Source of the DNA: a virus
Direction: 5' to 3' (one strand)
Virus record (IMG/VR): IMGVR_UViG_3300050821_013777
Location: 32,001 to 96,000 of that record
Length of the DNA stretch: 64,000 nt
Below the pieces are notes generated by a model. The model did not search any database, was not told the DNA's origin, and saw nothing but the letters and a program-made list of their open reading frames with translations. The position numbers and the translations under genes are program-made. Below are positions 37,601 to 48,850 of the stretch, one piece after another (positions within the stretch are counted from its first letter, which is position 1; the number at the start of each line of letters is the position of its first letter).

Positions 37601-40600
37601 TTCCCGCAAGGACGATGTCCTCGTCGAACGTCGGCGGCAGCGCGAACTCCATCCCACCGTCGAACAGAACAGTACCCTCGATCTTGCTGTTGGGCGTGGA
37701 GAGAAGGAATGACGATCCAGCAATCTGCACGTCGCCAACCAGCTCGGTGGTTCCCGGTACCGTCAGATTCGGAAGAACAACCGTACCCGCGGCCTGAAGA
37801 CCCGCTTGTGGTCCTGTTGGTGACGTCCAGCTCAGACCGGCGACGGCTGACGCCATCGATTGAATGCCCGAGCCGCCACCGCCGCCTGCAGCACCCTGCG
37901 CGCCCTGGAACCCTTGCGTTCCACCCGGACCACCCTGCGGTCCCTGAAATCCTTGAGAGCCGCCCGGTGCACCCTGCGCTCCTTGAAGACCAAACCCTTG
38001 CGCACCTTGAAGACCGATGAATCCCTGAAATCCTTGGAACCCACGCGCACCCTGCGGCCCCGTCGCACCGATCGCACCCTGCGATCCCGTCGCGCCCGCC
38101 GGCCCCGTTGCTCCTGTCGCGCCGGTGGCTCCAGTCGCTCCGGTCGCTCCGCTCGCACCGGTCGCCCCTGTCGCTCCTGGTGCTCCCGTTGCTCCTGCAG
38201 CTCCCGGCGTTCCCGTCGCGCCCTGCGATCCGGTCGCACCGGTCGTGCCCTGGAACCCTTGAGCGCCGAGTCCCCCCTGGAACCCCTGCGCTCCGATCGA
38301 TCCCTGGAACCCCTGAGCGCCCTGCACACCTGCACCGGTGCGCCCCTGGAACCCCTGCGCTCCCTGGAAGCCCGCACCTTGTGCACCCTGAAATCCCTGA
38401 ACGCCGGTGGCACCCTGTGCTCCCTGAAAGCCGGCGCCTTGCGTTCCCTGCGCGCCCTGAAACCCTTGGAGACCTGTTGCTCCCTGCGCTCCTTGGAAGC
38501 CCGCACCTTGGAACCCCTGCGCTCCCTGCAAACCCGTTGCACCCTGGAACCCCTGCGAACCGCCTGGCGACCCCTGCGGCCCTTGAAACCCCTGGCTGCC
38601 ACCCGGTGCTCCCTGCGCTCCTTGGAAGCCGCTCCCCTGAAACCCTTGTGATCCCTGCGCTCCCTGGAAGCCTGCCCCTTGGATGCCGATCGCTCCCTGC
38701 GCTCCCTGCACGCCAGTCGCTCCCTGCGCTCCCTGCGCACCAGATCCCTGAGCCCCTTGTGCACCGAGCCCACCTTGGAACCCCTGCGCACCGGTGACGC
38801 CGGTTGCACCCTGGAAGCCAGCTCCCTGGAACCCCTGAGCGCCCTGCGCGCCCTGGAACCCCTGCGCGCCGGTAGCGCCCTGGCTGCCGGTCACACCCTG
38901 TGCGCCGGTGAGCCCCTGCGCGCCCTGTGCGCCGGTGGCCCCTGTCGCTCCGGTTCCACCGGTGGCCCCTGTCGCTCCCGTCGCGCCAGTCGCACCTGTT
39001 GCTCCTTGCGCACCGCCGATGCCGGTGTTGCCCTGTGCGCCTTGCGCACCCGTCGATCCAGCCGCACCGATCGATCCCTGTGCACCCTGCGATCCGGTCG
39101 ACCCTTGAAAGCCCTGCGCGCCCGATCCAGTTGCACCCTGCGACCCCTGTGATCCGGTCGACCCCTGGAACCCCTGCGATCCGCCCGGCGATCCTTGTGG
39201 TCCCTGAAAACCTTGGCTGCCGCCGGGTGCGCCCTGCGCGCCCTGAAAGCCGCTCCCCTGAAACCCTTGCGTTCCGGTGTTGCCCTGGAACCCCTGCGCT
39301 CCGGTGACGCCGAGCCCGCCCTGGAACCCCTGCGCGCCAGTTGCACCAGTCACACCCTGCGCGCCTTGCGATCCCGTCGGTCCGGTTCCACCTGTTGCGC
39401 CCGTCGCACCAGTTGCGCCAGTCGCACCCGTCGCTCCCGGAGCGCCCGTCGCGCCTGTTGCTCCCGTCGCACCAGCAGCGCCAGCAGCACCGATGGCACC
39501 CTGTGCGCCCGTCGGTCCTTGCGTTCCCGCGCTGCCGTTCGTGCCCGCACGACCCTGAAAACCTTGTGGTCCGATCAGACCGTTCGCACCCTGGAATCCT
39601 TGCGATCCGCCGGGTGATCCTTGTGGTCCTTGGAACCCCTGCGATCCGCCGGGTGCGCCCTGCGATCCTTGTGCACCGAATCCCTGCGCTCCCTGGAGGC
39701 CCGTCGCGCCCTGCGATCCCTGCGTACCAGTCGCGCCCTGCGCTCCCTGAGATCCGTTCGTCCCGCTCGTACCGGTTGCACCCTGTGCACCGGCCGGCCC
39801 GCTCGCTCCTGTTGCACCGGTCGCGCCGGTAGCGCCCGTCGCACCAGCAGCTCCGGGAGCACCGGTCGCTCCGGTCGCGCCGGGCACACCAGTAGCTCCG
39901 GTCGCACCCTGCAACCCGGACCCCTGAAATCCTTGCGCGCCGAGCCCACCCTGAAATCCCTGAACGCCGGTGGCACCCTGTGCTCCCTGAAAGCCGGCGC
40001 CTTGCGTTCCCTGCGCGCCAGTCGCGCCTTGGAACCCTTGACTGCCGCCGGGTGCGCCCTGCGGCCCCTGAAATCCCTGTGAGCCACCCGGCGCCCCTTG
40101 GGCTCCTTGCGCTCCTGAGCCCTGAAATCCCTGCGGCCCTGCGACACCCTGTGGTCCAGGACCGCCCTGCGCACCCGCTTGACCTGTAGACCCTGCTGAT
40201 CCTTGCGGACCCGCACCGCCCGTGGCGCCAGTGGCCCCTGTCGCTCCCGTCGCGCCAGTCGCACCTGTTGCTCCTGTCGCTCCCGTCGCGCCAGTCGCTC
40301 CCTGTGCACCCTGTGCACCACCAGCCGGACCTTGTGCGCCAGTGCCGCCTGAAGCGAACACGACAACACACGAGAAATCACGCCTGTAGTTGGTGGCGTT
40401 GAGAATCGTGCCGATGCTCGGACTTCCGGGCGGCCCCGGCGGCTCGACGTTCGTCGCGCGGCCAGCCATCGTCGCCGAGATCCACAGTGTCTGCCCCGCC
40501 AGCGGCGTCAGTCCTGGCTCCAGCAGCACCTTCGGTGGCGTCCCCACGTTCCACACAACCACCTGACCGCCGGGGTTGCACTTCCCCGAGAACACGACGC

Positions 40601-40748
40601 CGATATAACCGAGGAGGTTCGCGTCAGAGTCTGCCTGTGCGCGCATCAGCGTGTTCACCGCCGAGATGCGAACCAGCTCCCCCTGCAGAAGCGGCGTGCC
40701 TGTCCCGTTGATCAGCGGGCTTGCGGTAACTACTCCAGAAGACGCCAT
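34674..40748 (-). CDS. giant collagen-like fibre protein (about 2024 aa)
   Basis: SD AAGGAG before ATG 40748; more than 800 aa of near-continuous Gly-X-Y; FCCH-like HGLSTGD module; beta-rich C-terminal half. Confidence 0.88.
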   Translation of the reverse strand: MASSGVVTASPLINGTGTPLLQGELVRISAVNTLMRAQADSDANLLGYIGVVFSGKCNPGGQVVVWNVGTPPKVLLEPGLTPLAGQTLWISATMAGRATNVEPPGPPGSPSIGTILNATNYRRDFSCVVVFASGGTGAQGPAGGAQGAQGATGATGATGATGATGATGATGATGATGGAGPQGSAGSTGQAGAQGGPGPQGVAGPQGFQGSGAQGAQGAPGGSQGFQGPQGAPGGSQGFQGATGAQGTQGAGFQGAQGATGVQGFQGGLGAQGFQGSGLQGATGATGVPGATGATGAPGAAGATGATGATGATGASGPAGAQGATGTSGTNGSQGAQGATGTQGSQGATGLQGAQGFGAQGSQGAPGGSQGFQGPQGSPGGSQGFQGANGLIGPQGFQGRAGTNGSAGTQGPTGAQGAIGAAGAAGATGATGATGAPGATGATGATGATGATGGTGPTGSQGAQGVTGATGAQGFQGGLGVTGAQGFQGNTGTQGFQGSGFQGAQGAPGGSQGFQGPQGSPGGSQGFQGSTGSQGSQGATGSGAQGFQGSTGSQGAQGSIGAAGSTGAQGAQGNTGIGGAQGATGATGATGATGATGGTGATGATGAQGAQGLTGAQGVTGSQGATGAQGFQGAQGAQGFQGAGFQGATGVTGAQGFQGGLGAQGAQGSGAQGAQGATGVQGAQGAIGIQGAGFQGAQGSQGFQGSGFQGAQGAPGGSQGFQGPQGSPGGSQGFQGATGLQGAQGFQGAGFQGAQGATGLQGFQGAQGTQGAGFQGAQGATGVQGFQGAQGAGFQGAQGFQGRTGAGVQGAQGFQGSIGAQGFQGGLGAQGFQGTTGATGSQGATGTPGAAGATGAPGATGATGASGATGATGATGATGATGPAGATGSQGAIGATGPQGARGFQGFQGFIGLQGAQGFGLQGAQGAPGGSQGFQGPQGGPGGTQGFQGAQGAAGGGGGSGIQSMASAVAGLSWTSPTGPQAGLQAAGTVVLPNLTVPGTTELVGDVQIAGSSFLLSTPNSKIEGTVLFDGGMEFALPPTFDEDIVLAGTPPAPPPNVAGTSSAGTSTSAARADHTHGGIQGPAGPAGPAGATGATGAPGATGATGAAGATGATGATGATGATGAPGATGSQGFQGATGAGTQGAQGGLGPQGFQGGNGGFLPPAFAVEGSIVYAATDPVGGNDATAVFAAGSPTAATASPFQTITGLLAAMPRIGNNCIFVCLMKPGSYFAPFTLLPDNLSVVGYSGYQSMLFRGSDFTNSAADLVQLGETTVANTATLGYTVQTNMLTPASVAFPAGAPIEVFFGSPHGLSTGDMVAGRGFTNGTRLANGAANGFWTVTVFDAFTFTLDGSEGPPGGDTWSGAGTFIRWSLTDNSGNPVALHGPPGFPTLIGKRFMFDAASPTPALRNASFPIIAYDTQHIIFGADPGAIAAGDFGRFQEPAVIVGSISTGLYGASGIGVQFVGISAGQILSSGSTDKFAACEQTSNTGTLSSTSSITVTSTYTDELGLSRFVGTGLRAVGTTPQLSGNVNLNRLYHTPPGNVTSFGVSITTGRGSITDGYYGSGIVLTDCGGHGGFDAQDAAFAITASSPSFMRGPRVLGTPVIGANIDALDVKSSSVFIRGADFSGATGGAGGGAPPFLAGVQLIGYGSNAVISDISGHGNSVSIGFQQFDLTSNMVMRSKVVLNVQGGNIGLYSFITALVLFADAVQYTAESFPDLLYPDVATPLGPVGIEDEFENCLLPDRFVASIQTPSFFGKYPLAYASALGFTLPRFSLVSMNGGQNGLVSAIANSPANAKLYLGALVGQLQGGQIAPMHAAYGQAAFCLIDLTGGHGAAAAGQPLYLSQTRSGFAQADRPTSGVALKIGIALSASNSAGLTRVLLAGPNVGTEDDFFELNLSFGGTSGSAAIPPNSSFNLLPTSDAAVVSSGFAWEWECPFSTTGMELWINVLSYAGTTPLSAAISVNGVGQSAGAVSGIASTGSFHNTAPLVVNQGQNVGIQISSLASGGGATARFTARLRIR
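37880..40345 (-). repeat. 9-bp-period collagen-coding repeat (GAQ/GAT/GFQ/GSQ/GPQ), with repeated block [24 protein letters not shown]
   Basis: Directly visible triplet repeats; boundaries approximate. Confidence 0.9.
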
Positions 40749-40904
40749 GCACACTCCTTGAAAAACGGCAAACGGGCGTCCGCCTGAGAAGAAAGCATCT
40801 TCTTCTCAGATGGACGCCCGTTTTTCGAGTCGCCACAGGGGGGTGGGCCTCGAAAAGAGGCCCTATGTAGTCGACATGATCGCGGACTACTGTGTGCCTG
40901 TCAA
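40749..40904 (-). promoter_or_regulatory. promoter TTGACA-17-GATCAT plus about 120-nt structured 5' leader
   Basis: Hairpin GGCCTC/GAGGCC at 40846-40862 and a roughly 21-bp stem at 40770-40823. Confidence 0.55.
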
Positions 40905-40918
40905 ACCGGCGAGAGCAC

Positions 40919-42226
40919 TTACCAGGGGCGCGTCATGAGACGCTCGTACGACGGCATGGAGCGGAATCGATCGTCTTCAGCACGCTCCAGTGCTCGTGCG
41001 GCGACGTCGTGTGATGCCCACCAGGACGACGCGAAGTTGTAGACGCACAACACCTTGTCGATGGCGGCGTAGCGCTCGCCGGCCATCTCCAGAAGCGGGT
41101 ACATCACGGCGTGGTCGATGGCGAGGTCGCACCAGAAGCCGTCGGGCTTGAGAAGATCGACCGGTTTGATCTTCTTCACGAGCCCGGCACGAAACGTCTT
41201 GAGGTGCGTGGCGCGCCAGTCGATCTTGCGAACGTTCCCGCCGGCAGGGTAACGGTGAGCGAAGCCGAGCGTGCCGTCCGGCATCATGAACTGCCCATAG
41301 GTCAGCCACACGTCCGGATCGGCATACGTCTCGGCAAGCACCTCCAGAACCCGGTCGTGCGCCAGCCAGTCGTCGCCATCGAGCCACACCACGATCTCGT
41401 CGTCCTGTAGCGCATTCCACGTCTCGACAGCGTTCTGCAGCGCTGCCTTGCGCACGTTGTTGGTGATCAGCTTCGTCTGGTGCGTGCTCCCGCGACCGAC
41501 CTGTTTGGCGGCGGTCTTGAACGTGTGATCGTCACTCTTCGCGTCGATGAAGACGTGCGTCCAGTCCTCGAACGTCTGCCGCTGCACGCTCTCAATGCAT
41601 CGAGCGACGTACGCCTCCTTGTTCAGCGCCGTCGAGACGACTGTGATGTGCAGCTTCGTCTTGGGCACGAGCACGAAGAAATTCTGTCGCCCGAGCACGT
41701 GCTGCGCGTTCGTTTCGAGCATCCGGTTCCGGAGCTTCATCGTCTTCGTCTGTGCAGGCACCCACCCGTGTGCTGCGAACTTTTCGAGCCAGTAGGCCGG
41801 CGGCTGGAGGTTCACGTGTCCCTCCCACTCCTGTCCTGGCGCAGCAGCGGACCAGACGATGAAGTTGCGCGCGAGCCCTGCAACATTGGCCACGATCGTG
41901 TCGGCGTGTTCAGCAGGAATGTGCTCGGCGGTCTCAGTACAGATCACAGTGTCGCGCTTCGCGCCCACTGTCAGCTTGGTCAGGTCGTACGCATCGACCG
42001 TGATGCTGGACTCGCGCATCTCCAGAGCAGCCGGTGCATCGTCCAGACCAGTAATGCCCCATCCCAGTTCCTGCAGCCGTTTCGTCTGCAGCCCGATCCC
42101 GCAACCGATATCGACAGCTGTCGCCTGAACTCCTACCACCTCGTGCATACAGTCGGCGAGCCGTCGGTACGGATCGCGGCACGTGCGCATGAAGTCGAAG
42201 AACGCCTCGTCATGGATGTTGGCCAT
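40919..42226 (-). CDS. SAM methyltransferase fused to GT2 glycosyltransferase
   Basis: DIGCGIG, CTETAEHI, GHVN; CIESVQRQ, WLDGDDWL. Confidence 0.88.
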   Translation of the reverse strand: MANIHDEAFFDFMRTCRDPYRRLADCMHEVVGVQATAVDIGCGIGLQTKRLQELGWGITGLDDAPAALEMRESSITVDAYDLTKLTVGAKRDTVICTETAEHIPAEHADTIVANVAGLARNFIVWSAAAPGQEWEGHVNLQPPAYWLEKFAAHGWVPAQTKTMKLRNRMLETNAQHVLGRQNFFVLVPKTKLHITVVSTALNKEAYVARCIESVQRQTFEDWTHVFIDAKSDDHTFKTAAKQVGRGSTHQTKLITNNVRKAALQNAVETWNALQDDEIVVWLDGDDWLAHDRVLEVLAETYADPDVWLTYGQFMMPDGTLGFAHRYPAGGNVRKIDWRATHLKTFRAGLVKKIKPVDLLKPDGFWCDLAIDHAVMYPLLEMAGERYAAIDKVLCVYNFASSWWASHDVAARALERAEDDRFRSMPSYERLMTRPW

Positions 42227-42300
42227 GCGCGATGATCCAGGGTGTGCCGCCGCGAAGTCAAGCACTATGCCAGACTCCCAACCCATGCTAGGTTCCCAGC

Positions 42301-44313
42301 ATGCTCTATTTCTACACCGCGGTGTACGGCGACCACATCGCGCTGCCTGAGTTCGAGACGAAAGGCTTCGAGTTCCGCTGCTACACCGACCGGAAGATCG
42401 AGTCGAAGACGTGGAAGATCATCTATGAGACGGCTCAGCACGAACATCCACGCATGGCCGCGAAGTGGCGGAAGCTCCACCCAGCCACGCCGCACTCTAG
42501 AGACATCTCGATCTGGATCGACGCGTCCATCACCGTCACCGACGTCCACGAGATGGTGCGTGTCTGTAAGGCCGCGCTCAAAGGTCACGACGTTGCGCTC
42601 TTCAAGCACCCCGAACGCACGAACATCTTCGACGAGGCCGTCGCGTCGATCAAGATGCCGAACAAGTACAGCGGGCTGCCGCTGATCGCGCAGGTCGAAT
42701 CCTACCGCGAGGCCGGACTGCTTCAGGATTCGGGACTGTGGGCCGGCGGCGTGATCGCGCGACAGCACGGTCCGAAGTACGTCAACTTCGAGAACGACTG
42801 GTGGGCGGAGTGCAAGAAGTGGTCATACCAGGACCAGCTCAGCCTCCCCTACGTGCTGTGGAAGCACAACGTCCATCCCGGCGTGATCCCTGGCAGCGTC
42901 TACAAAACGGCCTTCCACACATGGTCGCCGACCGCCGATCCGGTGAGTCCGGCGACGACGCCGACCATCACGCTCGGGAGAACATTCGCCGCCGCCGCCG
43001 CGCACATCTCAGCCTCCTCACCACTCCTCTCCGTCATCACGCCCACGCACAACGTGAAGTGGATCGCCGACTGCTGGACGTCTCTCATGCGGCAGACGTA
43101 CGCGAACTTCGAGTGGGTGGTGTCGGTCAACGACAAGAGCGGCAAGCGCCAACAGGTACAAGCGCTCGCGCTCGCTGTACGTGCGATCGTCGGTGATGAT
43201 CCCCGCGTCAAGGTCATCCCCGACTACGCGCCGTTCTCGCACGTCGGGCAGCGCAAGGCGTTCGCGTTCGGTGCGGCGTCGGGTGAGGCGGTCATCGAGT
43301 ACGACCACGACGACCTCCTGACACCCGATGCGTTGGAGGAGATCGCGAAGGCGTTCGCCGATCCGGCTGTCGGCTTCGTCTACTCAGACTTCGCCGACTT
43401 TCACGACGGTGCGGTCGATCCGAACGGGAAGCCGCTACTCCAGGGCAATCTCACCTACCGCCACCCCGAGGTCCGCCCCGGCTGGATCACAACCGGCTTC
43501 AAGTTCTACGACGCCAACGTTCTCTCGCCCGTTCGACCCGGCAAGTACGAGTGTGTCGACTCGCCCGACGCCACGGCACTCAAGGTCTCGCACATCTACA
43601 CAGCACCGAACCACGTGCGCGCATGGCGCCGGAGCGTCTACGAAGCGGTCGGCGGCCACGATCCGAGTTTTCCGATCGCCGACGATCACGAGCTGATCTG
43701 CCGCACGTACCTGGCGACGAGGTTCCACCACATCAGGAGGCCGCTCTACCTCTACCGAATCAGCGGCGAAAATACGTGGGCGCAGAACGTAGGCGCGATC
43801 AAGGAGACGAGCGACCGCATCCAGAATGACTATCTGGAGCGCCTGGTGCTGCGCGAGTGCGAGCTGCTCGGCGTGGACGCGATCGAGCTTGGTGGAGGCA
43901 TCGACCCGCGTACAGGGTGGAAGGCGTGCGACCTCGAAGGCGCGCCGATCACGGCTGACTTGCGCGAGCGCTGGCCATTCGACGACGGTTCAGTCGGAGC
44001 GTTCCGTGCGAGCGATCTTCTCGAACACTTGCCCGACAAGCTGCACACGATGAGCGAGATCCATCGCTGCCTACGGCCGGGCGGATGGCTGATATCCATG
44101 ACGCCTAGCGCGGAGGGGGTCGGCGCACACATGGATCCTACTCACTGCAGTTATTGGGTGCCCCAGAGCTTCTGGTACTACACACGAGACGCCTCCGCGC
44201 GGTACATTCGCAACACCACGATGCGCTTCGCCGAAGTCCACCTCGACACCGTGCCGATCATGATCCAGGGCGTCACGGTCCCCTACGTGCGCGCGGATCT
44301 GGTGAAGCTGTGA
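42301..44313 (+). CDS. tri-domain glycosyltransferase (DUF616-like + GT2 + methyltransferase)
   Basis: WIDAS and QDQLSLPY; VITPTH, YDHDDLL, ADDHEL; DLLEH...RCLRPGG. Confidence 0.88.
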   Translation: MLYFYTAVYGDHIALPEFETKGFEFRCYTDRKIESKTWKIIYETAQHEHPRMAAKWRKLHPATPHSRDISIWIDASITVTDVHEMVRVCKAALKGHDVALFKHPERTNIFDEAVASIKMPNKYSGLPLIAQVESYREAGLLQDSGLWAGGVIARQHGPKYVNFENDWWAECKKWSYQDQLSLPYVLWKHNVHPGVIPGSVYKTAFHTWSPTADPVSPATTPTITLGRTFAAAAAHISASSPLLSVITPTHNVKWIADCWTSLMRQTYANFEWVVSVNDKSGKRQQVQALALAVRAIVGDDPRVKVIPDYAPFSHVGQRKAFAFGAASGEAVIEYDHDDLLTPDALEEIAKAFADPAVGFVYSDFADFHDGAVDPNGKPLLQGNLTYRHPEVRPGWITTGFKFYDANVLSPVRPGKYECVDSPDATALKVSHIYTAPNHVRAWRRSVYEAVGGHDPSFPIADDHELICRTYLATRFHHIRRPLYLYRISGENTWAQNVGAIKETSDRIQNDYLERLVLRECELLGVDAIELGGGIDPRTGWKACDLEGAPITADLRERWPFDDGSVGAFRASDLLEHLPDKLHTMSEIHRCLRPGGWLISMTPSAEGVGAHMDPTHCSYWVPQSFWYYTRDASARYIRNTTMRFAEVHLDTVPIMIQGVTVPYVRADLVKL

Positions 44314-44882
44314 GCGCGACGTTCAACCGGCAGCCTGAAGTCGTGATCGTGGACGACTTTCTCCCCGATCCGGAGCCGGCCCGAAAGCTCGCTCTCACGC
44401 TGACGTATGAGAAGATGGGCTCGGCCGGTAAGCGCTCCACCGAGACGTTCCGCCATCTCATCACTCCGGCTGTCTTCGAAGATCTCCTCCACCGCAAGCT
44501 CACGAAGCCGTGGGACCACTATCCCATCAACGGGCGCTTCCAGTTCTGCACCGCCGAAGACCCGCTCGTCTACCACGCCGACGAACAGTCTCACGCCGGC
44601 ATCATCTTTCTCACGCCAGACGCACCGATCGAGTCGGGGCTCTCACTCGTTCGCAGTCGCGTGACCAGCGCGCGGGATTCAGCGAAGGACGTCAACACCG
44701 GCGCGACCTACAGCAACAACCTGCTCGACGGAACGAAGTGGGAGACGGTCGACAAGATCGGCAACATCTACAACCGCCTCGTACTCTGGAACGGCCGGCT
44801 CAACCACGCTCCGAGCTGCTACTTCGGCACGGAGTTATCGAACGCGCGGCTGTTCTGGATGTTCTTCTTCGACGCCGCGTAG
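44310..44882 (+). CDS. DUF6445-like 2OG-Fe(II) oxygenase
   Basis: IVDDFLPDP, YHAD, IFLTPDAP, YNRLVLW, NHAP, RLFWMFFFD. Confidence 0.75.
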   Translation: MSATFNRQPEVVIVDDFLPDPEPARKLALTLTYEKMGSAGKRSTETFRHLITPAVFEDLLHRKLTKPWDHYPINGRFQFCTAEDPLVYHADEQSHAGIIFLTPDAPIESGLSLVRSRVTSARDSAKDVNTGATYSNNLLDGTKWETVDKIGNIYNRLVLWNGRLNHAPSCYFGTELSNARLFWMFFFDAA

Positions 44883-45452
44883 GCGTAAACGGCCGAGCGC
44901 GAAGCAGCGCTTGTTCCCGTACAGCTCGTCATTGAGCAAGTTGCTGGTGTCGAAGGCAGCACGGCGCACGTCCGGATGCGCAAAGTCATCCCCCACGATC
45001 TGCGCGCTCGGCCACAGGAATGCTGACAGTAGGATGTCCCGCACCACCGTATCGTAGTCGTGCGCGCCATCCACATAGACGAGCGTCGGTTGAATGCCTT
45101 TCTGATATAGCGCCAACAGCCCAACACGCGAGTCGGCTTTCACTGGCGTGATGCGCTCACGGCTGTTCCAGCAGTTGACGACGAAAGTCTCCCACAGCGT
45201 CGGTAGCTTTGCGGCTAGCGCAGGATCGGTTCGATGCTCCCAGCTTCCCTGGAAGTGATCGATCGTGTACACGTGTCCCGTCTCGCCGACCTGCTCCGCC
45301 AGCCACAACGTGGACTCTCCGACCCACGCGCCGATCTCGACGACGACGTCACCAGAGCCGACGAAACAAGACAAGAACGCGCGGTTGCGATCGTCGAACC
45401 ATCCCTCGCGCCGTGGGAGGACATCTGGGCGTTGCTCGGGCCAGCCGATCAC
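44835..45452 (-). CDS. class I SAM methyltransferase (Methyltransf_24-like)
   Basis: VEIGAWVGES, IDHFQGS, YVDGAHDY, GDDF. Confidence 0.88.
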   Translation of the reverse strand: MIGWPEQRPDVLPRREGWFDDRNRAFLSCFVGSGDVVVEIGAWVGESTLWLAEQVGETGHVYTIDHFQGSWEHRTDPALAAKLPTLWETFVVNCWNSRERITPVKADSRVGLLALYQKGIQPTLVYVDGAHDYDTVVRDILLSAFLWPSAQIVGDDFAHPDVRRAAFDTSNLLNDELYGNKRCFALGRLRLRGVEEEHPEQPRVR

Positions 45453-46123
45453 GCGAAGAACTCCGACGGGCAGCGCCGCAGGCCGTTCGCATCGAACTCG
45501 CGTCCGACGAAGTTCTTGGTCACGCGCATGCCTTGAAGGGGGCCGTTCCCGACCATCGACGTTGACCCTACATGCTGTACGAGTCCCGGATTCACGATGC
45601 CGTACCGCCAGCGCCGTGTGATTGCCGCGTGGTGGAGCGCCTCATCGAATCCGCCTGGTGCGATCGACATCGCCTCCTCCTTGCACGCCGCCAGCTCACG
45701 CACGGACTGTCGCGAGAACTTGAGCGCCTGCGCCATCACGTAGCTGTGCGCGTGGTGGCGCCACAGGCCAATTGGCCATGTGCGGTCGATCCACGGAGAG
45801 AAGAACGTCACGAAGGCGAGATCGTCCGGCACAACGAAATCTTCGATGAAGCTCGGCGCGTTCTTGCTGAATTCGAGATCGTCTTCGAAGAAGCACAGGT
45901 CTTCGCCCACTCTGTCGGCGATCTTGAACGCCTCCCACGCTGTCCATTTGTTCTGTGGCGGTACGCACGGCCGCGGGTGGTACATGGCGGTCCAGCCCGC
46001 TGGCGGAAGCACGTCGACACCATCGACAAGCAGCACTCTTCGCCCGGTGGCACTCTCGTCGATCTGCCGAAGCGTGGACTCCGCGTAGGATGGCTCGCGC
46101 GCGCACGTCAGAACGACTATCAC
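45449..46123 (-). CDS. GT-A fold glycosyltransferase
   Basis: FFEDDL and PGLVQHVG motifs. Confidence 0.75.
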   Translation of the reverse strand: MIVVLTCAREPSYAESTLRQIDESATGRRVLLVDGVDVLPPAGWTAMYHPRPCVPPQNKWTAWEAFKIADRVGEDLCFFEDDLEFSKNAPSFIEDFVVPDDLAFVTFFSPWIDRTWPIGLWRHHAHSYVMAQALKFSRQSVRELAACKEEAMSIAPGGFDEALHHAAITRRWRYGIVNPGLVQHVGSTSMVGNGPLQGMRVTKNFVGREFDANGLRRCPSEFFA

Positions 46124-47472
46124 GTCGTAACACGCAGCGACGCTGTCACCATGAGTGAGGCGAGTGTGCTGGCGCCGGAGTCCCCGCGAAAGAACGCAAA
46201 GAATAGTCGTTCACCGGACGTGATGGTCTGTCCTGCGACGCTCGGCTCGATGATCACATCGAACACGGGTGACGCCGATGGGATGCTGATCGACCCGGAA
46301 GCCAGCTCAGTATAGTTTCCTGCAGTCGTGATGTCCGACGTCTTCCAGAGCTGGAAGAAGTACGTCATTGCTGTGGCGAAGACGAGTGGGACTGCGGCGA
46401 CAACCTCGACCACGAACCCATCGAGATTCCCTACTGAAACACCAGAATCGCCTGGATCGAAGGTGAAGTATGGAATGTTCCGGTAGACTGTCGACGACGT
46501 TGAGGCAAAAGCGCCTACGGTATTGCCGCCGCCACCATAGATGCCAGCGACGAGCGGGATGTTACCTGCATTCCCTGGCGCGAAGATCGCGGTGATGTTG
46601 CCGCCGCTCACCGCGCCAGTGCCCAGCGTCGTGAGCGCTGACCAGTTGTAGCTGATGATAAGCCCTGACGGCGCCGGACCGCCCTGAAAGCCTTGTGCGC
46701 CTGTCGATCCCTGCGCTCCGGTATTTCCCGTCGCACCCTGAAATCCTGTAGTGCCGATGTGCCCCTGTGCACCTTGAGGACCAGTCGCACCAGTATCACC
46801 CTGTGGTCCCTGTGTCCCAGCGCCAGTCGCGCCTGTTGATCCCTGCGCGCCGGTTGCACCAGTTGCGCCCTGCAGACCAGTTGCGCCCTGCAGACCGATG
46901 GTACCGGTATCGCCCTGAAATCCCTGCGCGCCACGCGCCCCCTGAAAACCCTGCGGACCGGCAGGTCCCTGCGCGCCAGTTGACCCTTGCGCACCAGTCG
47001 ACCCTTGCGCGCCAGCCGCTCCCTGGAAGCCCTGCGATCCCGTTGCGCCTTGCGCTCCAGATCCAGTTGCGCCTTGTGCTCCCTGAGATCCCTGCGCTCC
47101 GCCGGTCGGCCCCTGTGGACCAGATGCACCCTGTGCACCTTGTGCACCAGCGCCCGGCCCCTGCGTGCCCATTGCTCCCTGCGCGCCCTGGAAGCCGCTC
47201 CCCTGAAACCCTTGTGATCCCTGCGCTCCAGTCGATCCTTGCGGGCCGGCTTGTCCAGGTGCGCCCTGTACACCTTGCGCACCCTGAAAGCCTTGTACCC
47301 CCGTGGCGCCCTGCGAACCGGCTTGTCCGGGTGCGCCCTGTACGCCCTGTGCGCCTTGCGAACCCTGTACCCCCGTGGCGCCCTGTGCACCCTGCGAGCC
47401 ACCGCCACCAGCAGGGAGAGATGTCGGGCCGCGCCAGCCATCGAACCCCCCTGACATATTTCCGCTGCCCAC
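46120..47472 (-). CDS. collagen-like protein with C-terminal beta domain
   Basis: About 240 aa Gly-X-Y with the same GAQ/GFQ vocabulary. Confidence 0.85.
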   Translation of the reverse strand: MGSGNMSGGFDGWRGPTSLPAGGGGSQGAQGATGVQGSQGAQGVQGAPGQAGSQGATGVQGFQGAQGVQGAPGQAGPQGSTGAQGSQGFQGSGFQGAQGAMGTQGPGAGAQGAQGASGPQGPTGGAQGSQGAQGATGSGAQGATGSQGFQGAAGAQGSTGAQGSTGAQGPAGPQGFQGARGAQGFQGDTGTIGLQGATGLQGATGATGAQGSTGATGAGTQGPQGDTGATGPQGAQGHIGTTGFQGATGNTGAQGSTGAQGFQGGPAPSGLIISYNWSALTTLGTGAVSGGNITAIFAPGNAGNIPLVAGIYGGGGNTVGAFASTSSTVYRNIPYFTFDPGDSGVSVGNLDGFVVEVVAAVPLVFATAMTYFFQLWKTSDITTAGNYTELASGSISIPSASPVFDVIIEPSVAGQTITSGERLFFAFFRGDSGASTLASLMVTASLRVTT

Positions 47473-47499
47473 TCGGATCTGTCCTTTCGTCCGTCTTGG

Positions 47500-47763
47500 T
47501 CAGAAGCTCAAGTCGGCGAGGGCTCGGACAACGCGCGAAGCGTCTCCAATGAGCTGGTTGCTCTTCTCCATCTTGTCTGCCAGCTCGGCGAGTCGTCGCC
47601 TGCGTTCATCGCCTTCCAAGACTGAGAGAGCGCGTGCAGATTCTCTGCAATCAACACCAATTTCATTAATGGCGAGGGTGAAGGTTTGAATTGCAGACTC
47701 GACGGTGGGGGGTCCGCCAGGTTTGGTTGGCTCTTCGCTACCAAGCTCATGAGGTTTCTCCAT
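47500..47763 (-). CDS. small helical hypothetical protein
   Basis: 87-aa ORF in the minus-strand run. Confidence 0.45.
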   Translation of the reverse strand: MEKPHELGSEEPTKPGGPPTVESAIQTFTLAINEIGVDCRESARALSVLEGDERRRRLAELADKMEKSNQLIGDASRVVRALADLSF

Positions 47764-47784
47764 CGTCGATGTTCTTCACTGCCC

Positions 47785-48345
47785 TTACGCTTTCACCGGC
47801 TGTGGCGGAGGGCGGCGCACAGACCGTGCCACGATACCGAGCACGAGAAGAATCGACACGCCACCCACGACGTACCAGACCCACTTGTTGTCGCCAGGGG
47901 TCGTGGCCGTCATGGCAGGCATGACACTCGGCGGTGGAGGGATGAACGTACTTCGCTTCTTGCTTCCGACCCATGGCGGGGGGACGGTTCCGCCGTGGGC
48001 CTCGACGTAGGACGTGATTTGTTGCGCCAGCTGATCGGCCTGCTTGCGCACAGCTGTGATCGCGAGTGGCGCCGGCAGCGGCCCGAGGTAGTTCGCGAAC
48101 GCGAGGTTCACGGCCTTCACAGTCGCAGGACCGATGATCCCGTCCACCTTGAGCTTCGATAGCGCCGGATCGCCGCGCGAAGTGCCAAGCGCCTTGAGCG
48201 CGTTCTGCAGCAGCGCTGCCGGCGGCGCCTTCGATCGAGCGACCTGCCGCTGGATCACCTGCGCGTTCTTCTGTTCGAGCATCGCGAACTGCTCGGGGGT
48301 CGGTTGCCCGAAACCACTTCCGCTTATGGTGTACACCTCGGACAT
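47785..48345 (-). CDS. peptidoglycan-binding domain protein with C-terminal TM
   Basis: LQNALKALG...KVDGIIGPATVKAV; WVWYVVGGVSILLVLGIV. Confidence 0.8.
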   Translation of the reverse strand: MSEVYTISGSGFGQPTPEQFAMLEQKNAQVIQRQVARSKAPPAALLQNALKALGTSRGDPALSKLKVDGIIGPATVKAVNLAFANYLGPLPAPLAITAVRKQADQLAQQITSYVEAHGGTVPPPWVGSKKRSTFIPPPPSVMPAMTATTPGDNKWVWYVVGGVSILLVLGIVARSVRRPPPQPVKA

Positions 48346-48740
48346 CACGGCAACTGTGGTTGTAGGCCGCCGGGGCATGAGACTGTTACGACCGCGACAC
48401 CGGCTGCGACGCGCGCCCAGATGCGTGCGAGCGCCTCCTGTCGCACGAACTGCATCGACAATCCGTACTCTCCGTTCGAGAGTTCCGTACCAGCATTGTC
48501 TGCGAACGTGCGTATGACGATCGGCATCAACACCTGCCCGCCTGCCGAATCCTCTTCCGCGACCTCGCGGTGCCAGACGCCCGCAGGAGCCGAAGAGAAC
48601 TCCATGTACCACTGGATCTGCGTCGGACCGCCTGAAGCTACGATGTCCCAATCGAACGTGAGCTGATTGGCTGCGATCATCACGGGCTGCGACGGCTGAA
48701 AAGAAGCAGTCAGCTTCGTGTTGAGGATGATGATGGCCAC
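48345..48740 (-). CDS. beta-rich putative virion protein
   Basis: Promoter TTGCAG-18-TACCGT-7-GTG; TGATG coupling. Confidence 0.6.
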   Translation of the reverse strand: MAIIILNTKLTASFQPSQPVMIAANQLTFDWDIVASGGPTQIQWYMEFSSAPAGVWHREVAEEDSAGGQVLMPIVIRTFADNAGTELSNGEYGLSMQFVRQEALARIWARVAAGVAVVTVSCPGGLQPQLP

Positions 48741-48850
48741 GAGATCGACGGTAGCACGACGCGGGGTGACCCTGCAAAACACGCCGTGCTGTACAAGACG
48801 CAGGGGGTGAAGTTGAGCCGGGCCCGCCGCGGGTGTAGGCTGGTCAGGTC

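Noticed and set aside
36625-40381. 1248-aa and other alternative-frame ORFs in the collagen gene
   Set aside because: Artefacts of the stop-free 9-bp repeat.
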